Part shown: in pieces, positions 46,399 through 54,819 of the stretch
How the letters are laid out: every line of letters begins with the position of its first letter
Position numbering within the stretch: the first letter of the stretch is position 1
NCBI GenBank assembly: GCA_963843145.1
Contig: CAWJJC010000022.1
Span: 224,001 to 288,000 of the forward strand
From: an uncultured delta proteobacterium
Lineage (GTDB): Bacteria; Desulfobacterota; RBG-13-43-22
Length of the DNA stretch: 64,000 bases
Reading direction: 5' to 3'
Notes under the pieces: generated by a model
Told to the model about the DNA's origin: nothing
The model's database searches: none
Seen by the model: the letters and a program-made list of their open reading frames with translations, nothing else
Translations under genes and position numbers: made by a program

Positions 46399-48309
46399 TT
46401 ATTCAATCTTTACCGCGTCAAACTTGCAGGAATCCAGGCACATGCCGCAGCGGATACAGGACGCTTCGTCGATCCGGTGGGGTTTTTTCTTCTCGCCGGA
46501 GATACAATTCTGGGGACAACTGCGGGCGCATAATCCGCAGCCGGTACAGGCCTCCGGGTCAATCCGGTAGGTTATCAAGGCCCTGCAAACGCCGGCCGGA
46601 CATTTGTGGTCCACGATGTGCGCCGCATACTCGTCGCGAAAATGCCGCAGCGTGGTCAGGACCGGATTGGGCGCCGTTCCTCCCAGCGCGCAAAGAGAAC
46701 CATCCTGAATGGCCTTGGCCAGGCTGTTCAGATCGTCTATATCCTCCATGGCCCCTTCTCCGCGTGAGAATCGATCGAGGAACTGGTACATCGATTTAAG
46801 CCCCAGCCGGCAGGGCAGGCATTTGCCGCAGGACTCGTCCATCAAAAAGGACAAGAAATAACGGGCTACGTCCACCACGCAGTCGCTGTCGTCCATAACG
46901 ATCATGCCGCCCGAACCCATCATGGAACCGGCCTTGGACAATGAATCAAAATCAACGGGTGTATCCCGAAGCGCATAGGGCAGACAGCCCCCCGAAGGCC
47001 CCCCGGTCTGTACGGCCTTGAAGTGGCCCCGTCCCGGAACACCTCCCCCGATGTTTTCCACCAGGTCATTGAGGGACATGCCCATGGGGATCTCCACCAG
47101 TCCGATGTTATTGATTTTGCCAACCAGCGAAAAAACTTTGGTGCCGGTGCTGGTGGGCACCCCGTAACCGGTGTACCAGTCGGGGCCTTTGCCGATGATC
47201 AAAGGGACATTACAGAAGGTTTCAATGTTGTTGATAATCGTCGGCTGGCCCCAAAGACCGGCTTCCGCCGGGAAAATATATTTGGGAGTGGCTTCGCCGG
47301 CCACCCCTTCAATGGAATGGATCAGGGCGGTTTCCTCCCCGCAGACGAAGGCACCGGCGCCTCGGACGATCAGCACCTCGAAATCAAACCCGCTGCCGAG
47401 GATGTCCTTCCCCAATAAACCCAGCTTTCGGGCCTGCTCCATGGCGATGGCCAGGTGTTTTCTGGCCAGGGGGTATTCCTCCCGCACGTACATATATCCC
47501 TGATGTGCCCCGATGGCGTAGGCGCCGAGAATGAGTCCCTCCAATACCGCGTGGGGATCCCCTTCCATCAGCGTTCGGTCCATGAAGGCCCCCGGATCCC
47601 CTTCGTCGCCGTTGGCGACGATGTAGACCGACCCGCCCTTTCTTTGAGCGGCACTGATGGCGGATTTCCATTTTATACCGGTGGGAAACCCGGCGCCCCC
47701 TCTTCCTCTCAGGCCGGATTTGACGATGGCCTCCACTACCTCACCGGGTTTCATGGTAGCCAGCGCCTTGGCCAGGGCCTCGTAGCCCCCGGCCGTAATC
47801 GTGTCGCGGATATCCGTGGGATCGATCTTGCCGATATTGTGCATGACGATCCGCGTTTGATTCTTGTAAAAAGGGATCTCTTCATGGTGGACAATGTGCT
47901 CGCCGGTCTTGGGGTCTTGATACAGGAGCCGATCCACCGGCTTTCCCTCCAGGAGGGTGGTTTGGACGATTTCCGGGCAGTCGGTTGGTTGCACCCGTTG
48001 GTAGAAAATGTCCGAGGGTTGTAAAATCACCAGGGGACCTCGTGAGCAAAAACCGTGACACCCGGTGGTTTTGATATCGGGAATAACCGAGATGTCCAAT
48101 CCGGCCTGGCTGATGGCCGTTCGAAGCGCACCGGCCACTTCCACGCTGCCGTTGGCCAGGCATCCCGTTCCATGGCAGACAATGATGTAGGGTTTTTGAG
48201 GATCCCTCGCCGTCAGGAGGGTTTCACGGTAGGTTTTTAACATATCCGGAGAAGTCAAACGGAGTTCCGTCGGTATCGGTTTGGGTTGTGCTTTACTTGC
48301 TTGAGCCAT
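46399..48309 (-). CDS. NuoF/HydB-like FMN/NAD-binding subunit
   Basis: CHGTGC/GCHGFC 2Fe-2S, LRGRGGAGFP, NGDEGDPGAFMDR, GAFVCGEETAL, GGPSGG, ESCGKC.PCR, C-terminal 2x4Fe-4S. Confidence 0.95.
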   Translation of the reverse strand: MAQASKAQPKPIPTELRLTSPDMLKTYRETLLTARDPQKPYIIVCHGTGCLANGSVEVAGALRTAISQAGLDISVIPDIKTTGCHGFCSRGPLVILQPSDIFYQRVQPTDCPEIVQTTLLEGKPVDRLLYQDPKTGEHIVHHEEIPFYKNQTRIVMHNIGKIDPTDIRDTITAGGYEALAKALATMKPGEVVEAIVKSGLRGRGGAGFPTGIKWKSAISAAQRKGGSVYIVANGDEGDPGAFMDRTLMEGDPHAVLEGLILGAYAIGAHQGYMYVREEYPLARKHLAIAMEQARKLGLLGKDILGSGFDFEVLIVRGAGAFVCGEETALIHSIEGVAGEATPKYIFPAEAGLWGQPTIINNIETFCNVPLIIGKGPDWYTGYGVPTSTGTKVFSLVGKINNIGLVEIPMGMSLNDLVENIGGGVPGRGHFKAVQTGGPSGGCLPYALRDTPVDFDSLSKAGSMMGSGGMIVMDDSDCVVDVARYFLSFLMDESCGKCLPCRLGLKSMYQFLDRFSRGEGAMEDIDDLNSLAKAIQDGSLCALGGTAPNPVLTTLRHFRDEYAAHIVDHKCPAGVCRALITYRIDPEACTGCGLCARSCPQNCISGEKKKPHRIDEASCIRCGMCLDSCKFDAVKIE

Positions 48310-48319
48310 GGTTCCCTCT

Positions 48320-48784
48320 CTATTCAGCGGAGATTTTCTTGATTACGCTTTCCAGTTTTTTAGCGTTTACTTTAGCGTAATACTTTTCGTCGATGATGGC
48401 CACCGGGGCCAAAGCACAGGCGCCCAGGCAGTTTACCGTTTCCAGGGTAAACTTCAAATCCTTGGTGGTGGCGCCGGGTTGGACCTGCAGTTTCCGGGAA
48501 AGGTTTTCTACCAGTCGTAAGGAACCTTTTAGATGGCAGGCCGTTCCCTGGCAGACCCTGATTTCATGCTCTCCCTTGGGTTCGAGGCTGAATGATTTAT
48601 AAAAAGTGGCTACCGCATAGGCCTGGGTCAAAGGCACCCCGGCATGCTCGCAGACCAGGGCCATGGCTTCCGGTGAAATATAGTTATAAGCAGCCTGAAT
48701 TTCCTGAAGAAGAAATATCAGGGAGTCCGGCCTGCCCGGGTACCTTTCGATGATATCGTCTATCGAAACCTGTTCTCGGTTCAC
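48320..48784 (-). CDS. NuoE/HydC-like 2Fe-2S subunit
   Basis: VATFY, VCQGTACH, NCLGACALAP; GTG start with AAGGAGG RBS. Confidence 0.95.
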   Translation of the reverse strand: MNREQVSIDDIIERYPGRPDSLIFLLQEIQAAYNYISPEAMALVCEHAGVPLTQAYAVATFYKSFSLEPKGEHEIRVCQGTACHLKGSLRLVENLSRKLQVQPGATTKDLKFTLETVNCLGACALAPVAIIDEKYYAKVNAKKLESVIKKISAE

Positions 48785-48823
48785 CCTATGCCTCCTTATA
48801 TGTGGATATTTTTTTATTTAAAA

Positions 48824-48839
48824 AGCAAATGATATGCCA
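48824..48839 (-). promoter_or_regulatory. sigma54 (-24/-12) promoter
   Basis: Minus strand TGGCATATCATTTGCT, near-consensus. Confidence 0.9.
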
Positions 48840-48913
48840 TATACTATAACCTATTGTTTTATGCAATTAAAATGATTAATAAAAGGCGCAAGAGGGATGC
48901 TCTAGATAGAATA

Positions 48914-49025
48914 TGTTTCATGATTATCGAGCCTGGAGGGGGGAATAATTATAAAAATAATTAATATTTTTAAGTAGTTATAAATTTATTCCATTACATG
49001 AAACAAATTGAAACATATTGAAACT
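48914..49025. promoter_or_regulatory. Putative enhancer array
   Basis: TGTTTCA at 48914 and three TGAAAC(A/T) direct repeats at 48999, 49009 and 49019. Confidence 0.6.
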
Positions 49026-49035
49026 AAGGAACAGT

Positions 49036-50781
49036 TTATTCGATATTCAACCTTTTCATTTTCCGCCACAGGGAAGTCCGGCTGATACCTAATATCCGGG
49101 CGGCCTCCCGGCGGCGGCCACCGGCCTGCTTCAAGGCTTTTTCCAGGCGAACCGCTTCCCCTGCCGGATTTATCACTAGAGGCTCACGCCTTTTTTTCTC
49201 CGGCAGCCGTTCATTCATCAGCAGGTCCAGGCTGGGCAGGTTGCGTTGAAAAATCACCGGCCCCTTTACAAAAACATAGGCATATTCCAGTATTCTTTCC
49301 AACTCCCGGACGTTTCCCGGCCAGGGATAATTCATAAATTGCGCCATCACCTTGGGATCCAGACCGCGGACCTCCTTTTGATATTTCTGATTGAGGAGGC
49401 CCAGAAAATGTTCCACCAGCAAAGGGAGGTCTTCCATCCGTTCTCTTAAAGGAGGCAAGGTAATGGGAACGGTGCGGAGACGATAAAACAGGTCTTCCCG
49501 AAATCGGCCCTCAGCCAGGTCCTTGATCAGGTCCCGGTTGGTTGCGCTGATGATTCGGGCCTCCATGGGAATCAGCCGGGTGCCGCCCACACGTTCAAAG
49601 ACCCGTTGTTCCAGGACCCGCAGGAGCTTGACCTGCAGCTCCGGTTTCAGTTCGCCGATTTCGTCCAGGAAAAGGGTGCCGCTTCGGGCCAGTTCGAACC
49701 GCCCGACCTTGGAGCGGATGGCCCCGGTGAAAGCGGCTTTTTCATGACCAAAAAGTTCGGATTCCAACAAGGTCTCGGCCAGGGCCGAGCAATTGACGGC
49801 CACAAAGGGTCCCTCCCGATAGGCCGAATGGTGGTGAATGGCCCGGGCCACCAGCTCCTTGCCCGTACCGCTTTCCCCCTGGAGCAGCACGTTGGCCTGG
49901 CTGGCGGCCACATCGGGCAGGAGTTGAAAGAGCTGCTGCATGGCCGGGCTGCGGCCGATGATCTCGGAGAAACTATAGGCCCGGGAAAGGTGACCCGGCT
50001 GTTCAGCCAGATTGCCGATTAGATGGAAGGTTTCTACCGCGCCAATAACTTTTCCGTCCCGGTCTCGGACCACATTGGTGTTGACCAACATCGGCAGGCG
50101 GGCCCCGCTTTTATCCAACATCCGGACATCCTGGTCAAAGCGGGTAATCCCGCTTTCCAGGGTCAACCGTAGCGGGCAATCGCTCTGGCAGACATCCGAC
50201 CGGAAGATGTCCCAGCAAAAACGGCCCAAGACTTCCTCTCGCCGATAGCCGGTTATTTTTTCCGCCGTTTGATTGAACGAAGTGATCTGCCAGCGGGTAT
50301 TGATGGTAAATATACCTTCAGCCAGGTGTTCCAGCAGGCTTTCATACATGGGGGATGGCCTTCGGGGAAGGCCGGTTAACGGATCGACCCTATCTTGAGC
50401 TAGAAGGGGGGAAAATTCGGCGTCCCGAATACTGATGATCAGGCCGGTCACCAGTTGATTGATGCCGATCAAGGAGTTGACGGAAAAGACACTGTCAAAA
50501 ACAGACCCCCGAGAGTCCACGGTCCGGGTCTTCAGCCGTTGGGAACCTCCCCCGCGGCTCAACGCCTGGTCGATGGCGGCCATCACGACAGTCAGTCCGG
50601 GTCCCTCAAACAGCTCATCAAAGGAAATCCGCTCTCCGGGGACCAGGTCGGATCGCAACAACTGTTGGGCCCGGTCGTTGAAGCCCATAACCCGGTGATT
50701 GCGGTCCAGAACCAGGATGGCCTCGCCATTAAAATGGCCCGAGGAAACCAGGGTGTCTTCTTCCAGGGGTTTTTGGGTCAT
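49036..50781 (-). CDS. PAS-PAS sigma54 activator (OrpR-like Cys motif)
   Basis: PAS with [14 protein letters not shown] (C-X8-C-X3-C), [14 protein letters not shown] loop, HTH. Confidence 0.92.
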   Translation of the reverse strand: MTQKPLEEDTLVSSGHFNGEAILVLDRNHRVMGFNDRAQQLLRSDLVPGERISFDELFEGPGLTVVMAAIDQALSRGGGSQRLKTRTVDSRGSVFDSVFSVNSLIGINQLVTGLIISIRDAEFSPLLAQDRVDPLTGLPRRPSPMYESLLEHLAEGIFTINTRWQITSFNQTAEKITGYRREEVLGRFCWDIFRSDVCQSDCPLRLTLESGITRFDQDVRMLDKSGARLPMLVNTNVVRDRDGKVIGAVETFHLIGNLAEQPGHLSRAYSFSEIIGRSPAMQQLFQLLPDVAASQANVLLQGESGTGKELVARAIHHHSAYREGPFVAVNCSALAETLLESELFGHEKAAFTGAIRSKVGRFELARSGTLFLDEIGELKPELQVKLLRVLEQRVFERVGGTRLIPMEARIISATNRDLIKDLAEGRFREDLFYRLRTVPITLPPLRERMEDLPLLVEHFLGLLNQKYQKEVRGLDPKVMAQFMNYPWPGNVRELERILEYAYVFVKGPVIFQRNLPSLDLLMNERLPEKKRREPLVINPAGEAVRLEKALKQAGGRRREAARILGISRTSLWRKMKRLNIE

Positions 50782-50818
50782 GGCCTTTGGACGTCAGGTA
50801 TTGGCTTGGTGCCTGGGG

Positions 50819-51073
50819 TTATCCTAAAATACGGGTGATGTCTTCATCTTCCAGGAAAGAGGATATATTCCAGCACAGGGCCCTCAATTCCTTGTCGAGG
50901 ATGCCGGGAGACAGCAGTTTCCCTCCCTCGAAACCCCGGGACCTGACCAAGGCAACAATTAGATGAAGCTTTTCCCGATATACTTCTTCATTCCGGGTGA
51001 AAGCCCGGTGATAGGCGGCCACCAGGGTATTGACCCGATTGATAGAACAGCGTTTACAAGTTCGATCAGGCAT
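50819..51073 (-). CDS. Hypothetical protein with N-terminal CxxC
   Basis: 84-aa ORF co-oriented with the EBP gene; CKRC. Confidence 0.5.
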   Translation of the reverse strand: MPDRTCKRCSINRVNTLVAAYHRAFTRNEEVYREKLHLIVALVRSRGFEGGKLLSPGILDKELRALCWNISSFLEDEDITRILG

Positions 51074-51283
51074 GGGTGATTTGATTATAACATTTTTGAA
51101 AGATTACTTTAAGAAAGTAGCATTATATACTCCATATCTTTAGGGAGGTCAAACGGCAAAGCGTTTCCAAGTGGAGAAGAATTAAAGACAAATTTAAAAA
51201 GGCTGACAAATCTGGCTGGGCCGGCAGGGCTTTTCTCGAAAAGAGCAGTTTCTATTTATGGGAGTGTCTCCATCAGGATCGTA

Positions 51284-51475
51284 ATCCATGTTGAAAACTG
51301 GACCGGCCGGTCACCGGATATGGTGAGGTGCGGTAGGGCAACTATGGGATTATATAGGTGGCCGATACGGGAATCGGCATTTCGGCTGAAGATATCCACC
51401 GGATTTTCGAACCCTTCTATACAAAAAAAAGATGGGGCGAAGCAGGACGGGGTTGGGGATGGCCGTCAAATAGGA
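51284..51475 (+). pseudogene. Decayed histidine-kinase ATPase-domain remnant
   Basis: Reads ...GYGEVR*GNYGII*VADTGIGISAEDIHRIFEPFYTKK, then a frameshift to MGRSRTGLGMAV; G1/F/G2 boxes interrupted by stops. Confidence 0.75.
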
Positions 51476-51571
51476 ACTTTGTCCCAGGGGGGAAATGGCC
51501 GGCTGACGGTTCCTGAAGGATTCACCCTGATGGGGGGAATGGAGGGTTCCGGGCGTCCGGGAAAAATTGTC

Positions 51572-51612
51572 AAGGCGGCCTGTCTCCCCTTATCGGGAGA
51601 CGGGGCCGCCTT
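51572..51612 (-). terminator. Terminator hairpin after the DUF5320 genes
   Basis: AAGGCGGCCTGTCTCCC-loop-GGGAGACGGGGCCGCCTT. Confidence 0.7.
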
Positions 51613-51624
51613 TATCCTCAGGGT

Positions 51625-51978
51625 TCACTCGGTAGCTGAACCGGCCTCCATATCCTGAAGGCGCTTTTTGATCCTATCCAACTCAGACTGCAAGGCTTCC
51701 GCCCGGCCTTTCAGCGACCCTTTTTCCAATTCCGGATCCGACCCTTCGAACGAAGCCCCCCCACCGGCGAAACGCCGCCAGGCCGGCAGACCCGCACCGA
51801 AGAACCAACGGCATAACCCTCGACCGCCGCTCCTCCCGCCGGGACCCAGGCTGTTGCTGAAAAAGCTACCCCAGCCCCCCTGATTAAATGCGGGCCTCCC
51901 GGAGCCGGCGCAATACCCGCCTCCCCGGCCGGTCATCGGCCCCATTCCCATGGGCCCTGTCCTGTCTCCTCTGGGCAT
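51625..51978 (-). CDS. DUF5320 family protein
   Basis: MPRGDRTGPMGMGPMTGRGGGYC, Gly/Arg-rich middle, C-terminal coiled coil. Confidence 0.88.
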   Translation of the reverse strand: MPRGDRTGPMGMGPMTGRGGGYCAGSGRPAFNQGGWGSFFSNSLGPGGRSGGRGLCRWFFGAGLPAWRRFAGGGASFEGSDPELEKGSLKGRAEALQSELDRIKKRLQDMEAGSATE

Positions 51979-52037
51979 GATCGAACCTCCTTTCCGGTGG
52001 TTGAATTTCTGTTTGAGTATAGATTAGAAAACATTGA

Positions 52038-52283
52038 TTACCAGTTGAACCAACGCCGACGGCTTCCCAGGCCTGAAAGACTACCCCGGCCTCGACCCAA
52101 GCCCAGACCAAACCAACCCAGAAAACCGCTACCGGCTTTCCGTTGAAAAGAACCCGGTTGTCCAAAATCGCCGTTTAATTTCCGGCCCAGAAGGCCCTTC
52201 GAAGAACCGCTAGTGCAGGGTCCGGCGCCCCGGCCGGTCATGGAACCTTGCCCCAACGGTCCCGTTTTATCACCACGAGGCAT
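52038..52283 (-). CDS. DUF5320 family protein (short paralogue)
   Basis: MPRGDKTGPLGQGSMTGRGAGPC, GLGLGRGRG. Confidence 0.8.
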   Translation of the reverse strand: MPRGDKTGPLGQGSMTGRGAGPCTSGSSKGLLGRKLNGDFGQPGSFQRKAGSGFLGWFGLGLGRGRGSLSGLGSRRRWFNW

Positions 52284-52288
52284 ACAAA

Positions 52289-52705
52289 TCACCCCCTTTC
52301 CATTTTTTTCCATTTCCGCATCTCCGGGTTCCGGTTGATCAGCCGGCGGCAGCGGGTTGGCCGGCCCCTGGGAACCCAGCCGGGCATTCGAAAGCAGGGT
52401 CGATGCAGCGATCCACACAAAAAGGCCCGGAGGACCACCTCCAGGTCGCCGCAAATAAACCCGATGACCCGGACCCCGGCCGCCTCCAGGGCTGTCTCCA
52501 GAGGGGTCGAAACCGCTCCGCAGATCAGGGTTTGCGTCCCTAAGCCGGTTACCTCTTTGGCCCGGTGGAAGGGATCATGGTGGTTCAGGGTTATTTTTTC
52601 CCGCTGGACTTCCTGCCCTCCCGTGCACTGAATCAGGTAGACGTTATCCGATACGTCAAACACCGGAGCTATCCTCCCCTGCCAATGAGCCACCGCGACT
52701 TTCAT
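52289..52705 (-). CDS. NifB/NifX family (Orp-like) cofactor-binding protein
   Basis: MKVAVA..GRIAPVFD, LICGAVS, FICGD, FRMPG. Confidence 0.85.
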   Translation of the reverse strand: MKVAVAHWQGRIAPVFDVSDNVYLIQCTGGQEVQREKITLNHHDPFHRAKEVTGLGTQTLICGAVSTPLETALEAAGVRVIGFICGDLEVVLRAFLCGSLHRPCFRMPGWVPRGRPTRCRRLINRNPEMRKWKKMERG

Positions 52706-52718
52706 AAATCCTTTCAAA

Positions 52719-52734
52719 TGCAATCCGGGGGCCA
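52719..52734 (-). promoter_or_regulatory. sigma54 (-24/-12) promoter
   Basis: Minus strand TGGCCCCCGGATTGCA, GG-N10-GC. Confidence 0.8.
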
Positions 52735-52795
52735 AGGCCCGGTGATTAAATAGTTGACTAAAACCGGTAGGTTATGAAATATTTCCCTTGTAGCA

Positions 52796-52824
52796 TTGAC
52801 AATAATCATTCAAAATACTATTAT
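52796..52824 (+). promoter_or_regulatory. sigma70 promoter for the divergent activator
   Basis: TTGACA-17 nt-TATTAT. Confidence 0.75.
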
Positions 52825-52884
52825 ATTTAAGATAAAAGATTTTATTTTGCACGATTAAAAGTGGTAGTAGGGATAGGCTTGGGG

Positions 52885-54246
52885 ATGAAACTGGAAGAGG
52901 AAATAGGTCTTCGAGACGTTATCCTGGACTCCATCAACGAAGGGGTGTTCACGGTGGGTCCCGACTGGCGAATTACAGCCTTTAACCGGGCCGCGGAACG
53001 GATAACCGGCGTGTCCCGGAGGGAGGCCCTCGGCCGTTCCTGTTCCGATGTGTTTCATGCCGACATCTGTGAAAAGGATTGTGCCCTCAAGCGAACCTTC
53101 ACCACCGGCCAGCCGATTGTGAATGCCACCGCTGGTATCATCAACAACCGGGGACAACGGGTGCCGATCCGTATCGGCACCGCCATCTTAGAAAACAGCG
53201 TCGGAGAGGTCATCGGGGGCGTGGAAACCTTTCAGGACCTAAGCCAAGTCGAGGAGCTGCAAAAAGAATTGCTTAACCGGCATTCGTTTGAGGACATCAT
53301 CGGACGAAGCCCGGCCATGATGCAGTTGTTCGAGGTGGTCCCCCAGATTGCCGAGAGCAACAGTACGGTGCTGATTGAGGGCCCCAGCGGCACCGGGAAA
53401 GAACTATTCGCCAAGGCTATTCACAATCGGTCTCCCCGCCGGAAAAAGCGTTTCCTGGCCTTGAACTGCGCGGCCCTGCCGGACACCCTGCTGGAAAGCG
53501 AACTGTTTGGACACAAGGCCGGGGCCTTTACCGACGCCAAACGGGAAAAGGTGGGCCGCTTTGTCCTGGCCAACGGGGGGACCCTGTTCCTGGATGAAAT
53601 CGGCGATATCTCGCCGGCCATGCAGGTACGCCTGCTGCGGGTGCTCCAGGAACGCCAGGTCGAGCCTTTAGGGGGTCTCGAGCCTGTACCGGTGGATGTC
53701 CGGGTCGTGGCCGCCACCAATCAGGATCTGGCCGGGCTCATTCAGGCCGGCCGGTTTCGCGAGGATCTCTATTACCGCCTGCATGTCATACATCTGAAGC
53801 TGCCGCCCCTGAAGGAACGGCGGGAAGACATCCCGCTTCTGGTGGATCATCTGGTGGGCAAGTTCAACCGTCTGCAGGGGAAGCAGATTGCCGGCGTTTC
53901 CCAGGAGGCCATGGCCCGGCTGCTGGAGTATGATTATCCGGGCAATATCCGGGAGCTGGAAAACATTATCGAGCAGGCTTTTGTGCTCTGCCGCGGCGGG
54001 TTGATCGAGATGGCCCATCTGCCTCCTGAAATGCGTCCGCCCGCTGATTCCGCCGGGGAAACCTTCGGCCCGATGAGCCTGGAGGCCATGGAAAAGCGGC
54101 TCATCCTGGAAACCCTTTGGCGTTGTTCGGGAAACCGGAAACAGGCCTCCCGGGAATTAGGCATCGATGTGAGTTCCCTCTACCGAAAAATAAAGGCCTT
54201 GCAGTTGGAGGTGCCGGAAATGGACGGCCGCAGCCGTAAAAAGTGA
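52885..54246 (+). CDS. OrpR-like PAS sigma54 activator
   Basis: PAS with CSDVFHADICEKDC (C-X8-C-X3-C), GPSGTGKE, GAFTDA, HTH; divergent from NifX/DUF5320 genes. Confidence 0.9.
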   Translation: MKLEEEIGLRDVILDSINEGVFTVGPDWRITAFNRAAERITGVSRREALGRSCSDVFHADICEKDCALKRTFTTGQPIVNATAGIINNRGQRVPIRIGTAILENSVGEVIGGVETFQDLSQVEELQKELLNRHSFEDIIGRSPAMMQLFEVVPQIAESNSTVLIEGPSGTGKELFAKAIHNRSPRRKKRFLALNCAALPDTLLESELFGHKAGAFTDAKREKVGRFVLANGGTLFLDEIGDISPAMQVRLLRVLQERQVEPLGGLEPVPVDVRVVAATNQDLAGLIQAGRFREDLYYRLHVIHLKLPPLKERREDIPLLVDHLVGKFNRLQGKQIAGVSQEAMARLLEYDYPGNIRELENIIEQAFVLCRGGLIEMAHLPPEMRPPADSAGETFGPMSLEAMEKRLILETLWRCSGNRKQASRELGIDVSSLYRKIKALQLEVPEMDGRSRKK

Positions 54247-54532
54247 AACCGACCGGGGCCGCCCACCGGCTTTTAGAAAAAGACCCAACCCAGGAACGGG
54301 TAGAAAAATTTGTCATCCCCGAAGGAGGATCGATCAAGATTTAAGTCAGGGGGATATTCCCCACCCCTTTTCCCTTGATCTCCCCGAACTCTGGAAATTA
54401 ATCCAAGATTTCATGCAGGAAGCGGTTCTCTTCACAGAATCGGATTCACGTCCTCCCTCCGGTGTCCCTACCTCCTAAGGATCAGGTATTAACAGTCTTA
54501 TAATAGAACCGACTATCCCCTGGCCTTCCTAT

Positions 54533-54617
54533 CGTCATTCCCGCAGCGATTTTGGGCGACAATCTAGTCCCTTCCTTGTGGGATGCTGGATCCCCGATTA
54601 AAACACTCGGGGATGAC
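54533..54617. repeat. REP/RPE-like palindromic element
   Basis: Terminal IR CGTCATTCCCG / CGGGGATGACG with internal hairpin ATCCCCGA-N9-TCGGGGAT; related fragment TGTCATCCCCGAA near 54311. Confidence 0.65.
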
Positions 54618-54819
54618 GGTCGGTGTATGTACGGACCATTGTGAGACCCTTAACAAGTCTCCTTATCCTCTCCTTTTTTCTATCCTTGACCCACCAGGGG
54701 ACATATTTTATACTCTTCCCAAACCAGTGGTGGGATTCTTTGGAATGAATTTATCACTTTTCCCTTCAGGGGCTGGCCTTGTCGCCTCAGTCCCTGGAAG
54801 TGGCTGAAATACAATAATT

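Noticed and set aside
43304-48784. Possible selenocysteine recoding in the Hdr/MvhD genes (also considered for the molybdoenzyme)
   Set aside because: The ORFs are uninterrupted and the expected positions carry Cys or other residues, with no in-frame TGA
45748-48784. Calling the module complex I or an [FeFe]-hydrogenase
   Set aside because: No membrane nuo genes, and the third subunit lacks an H-cluster domain
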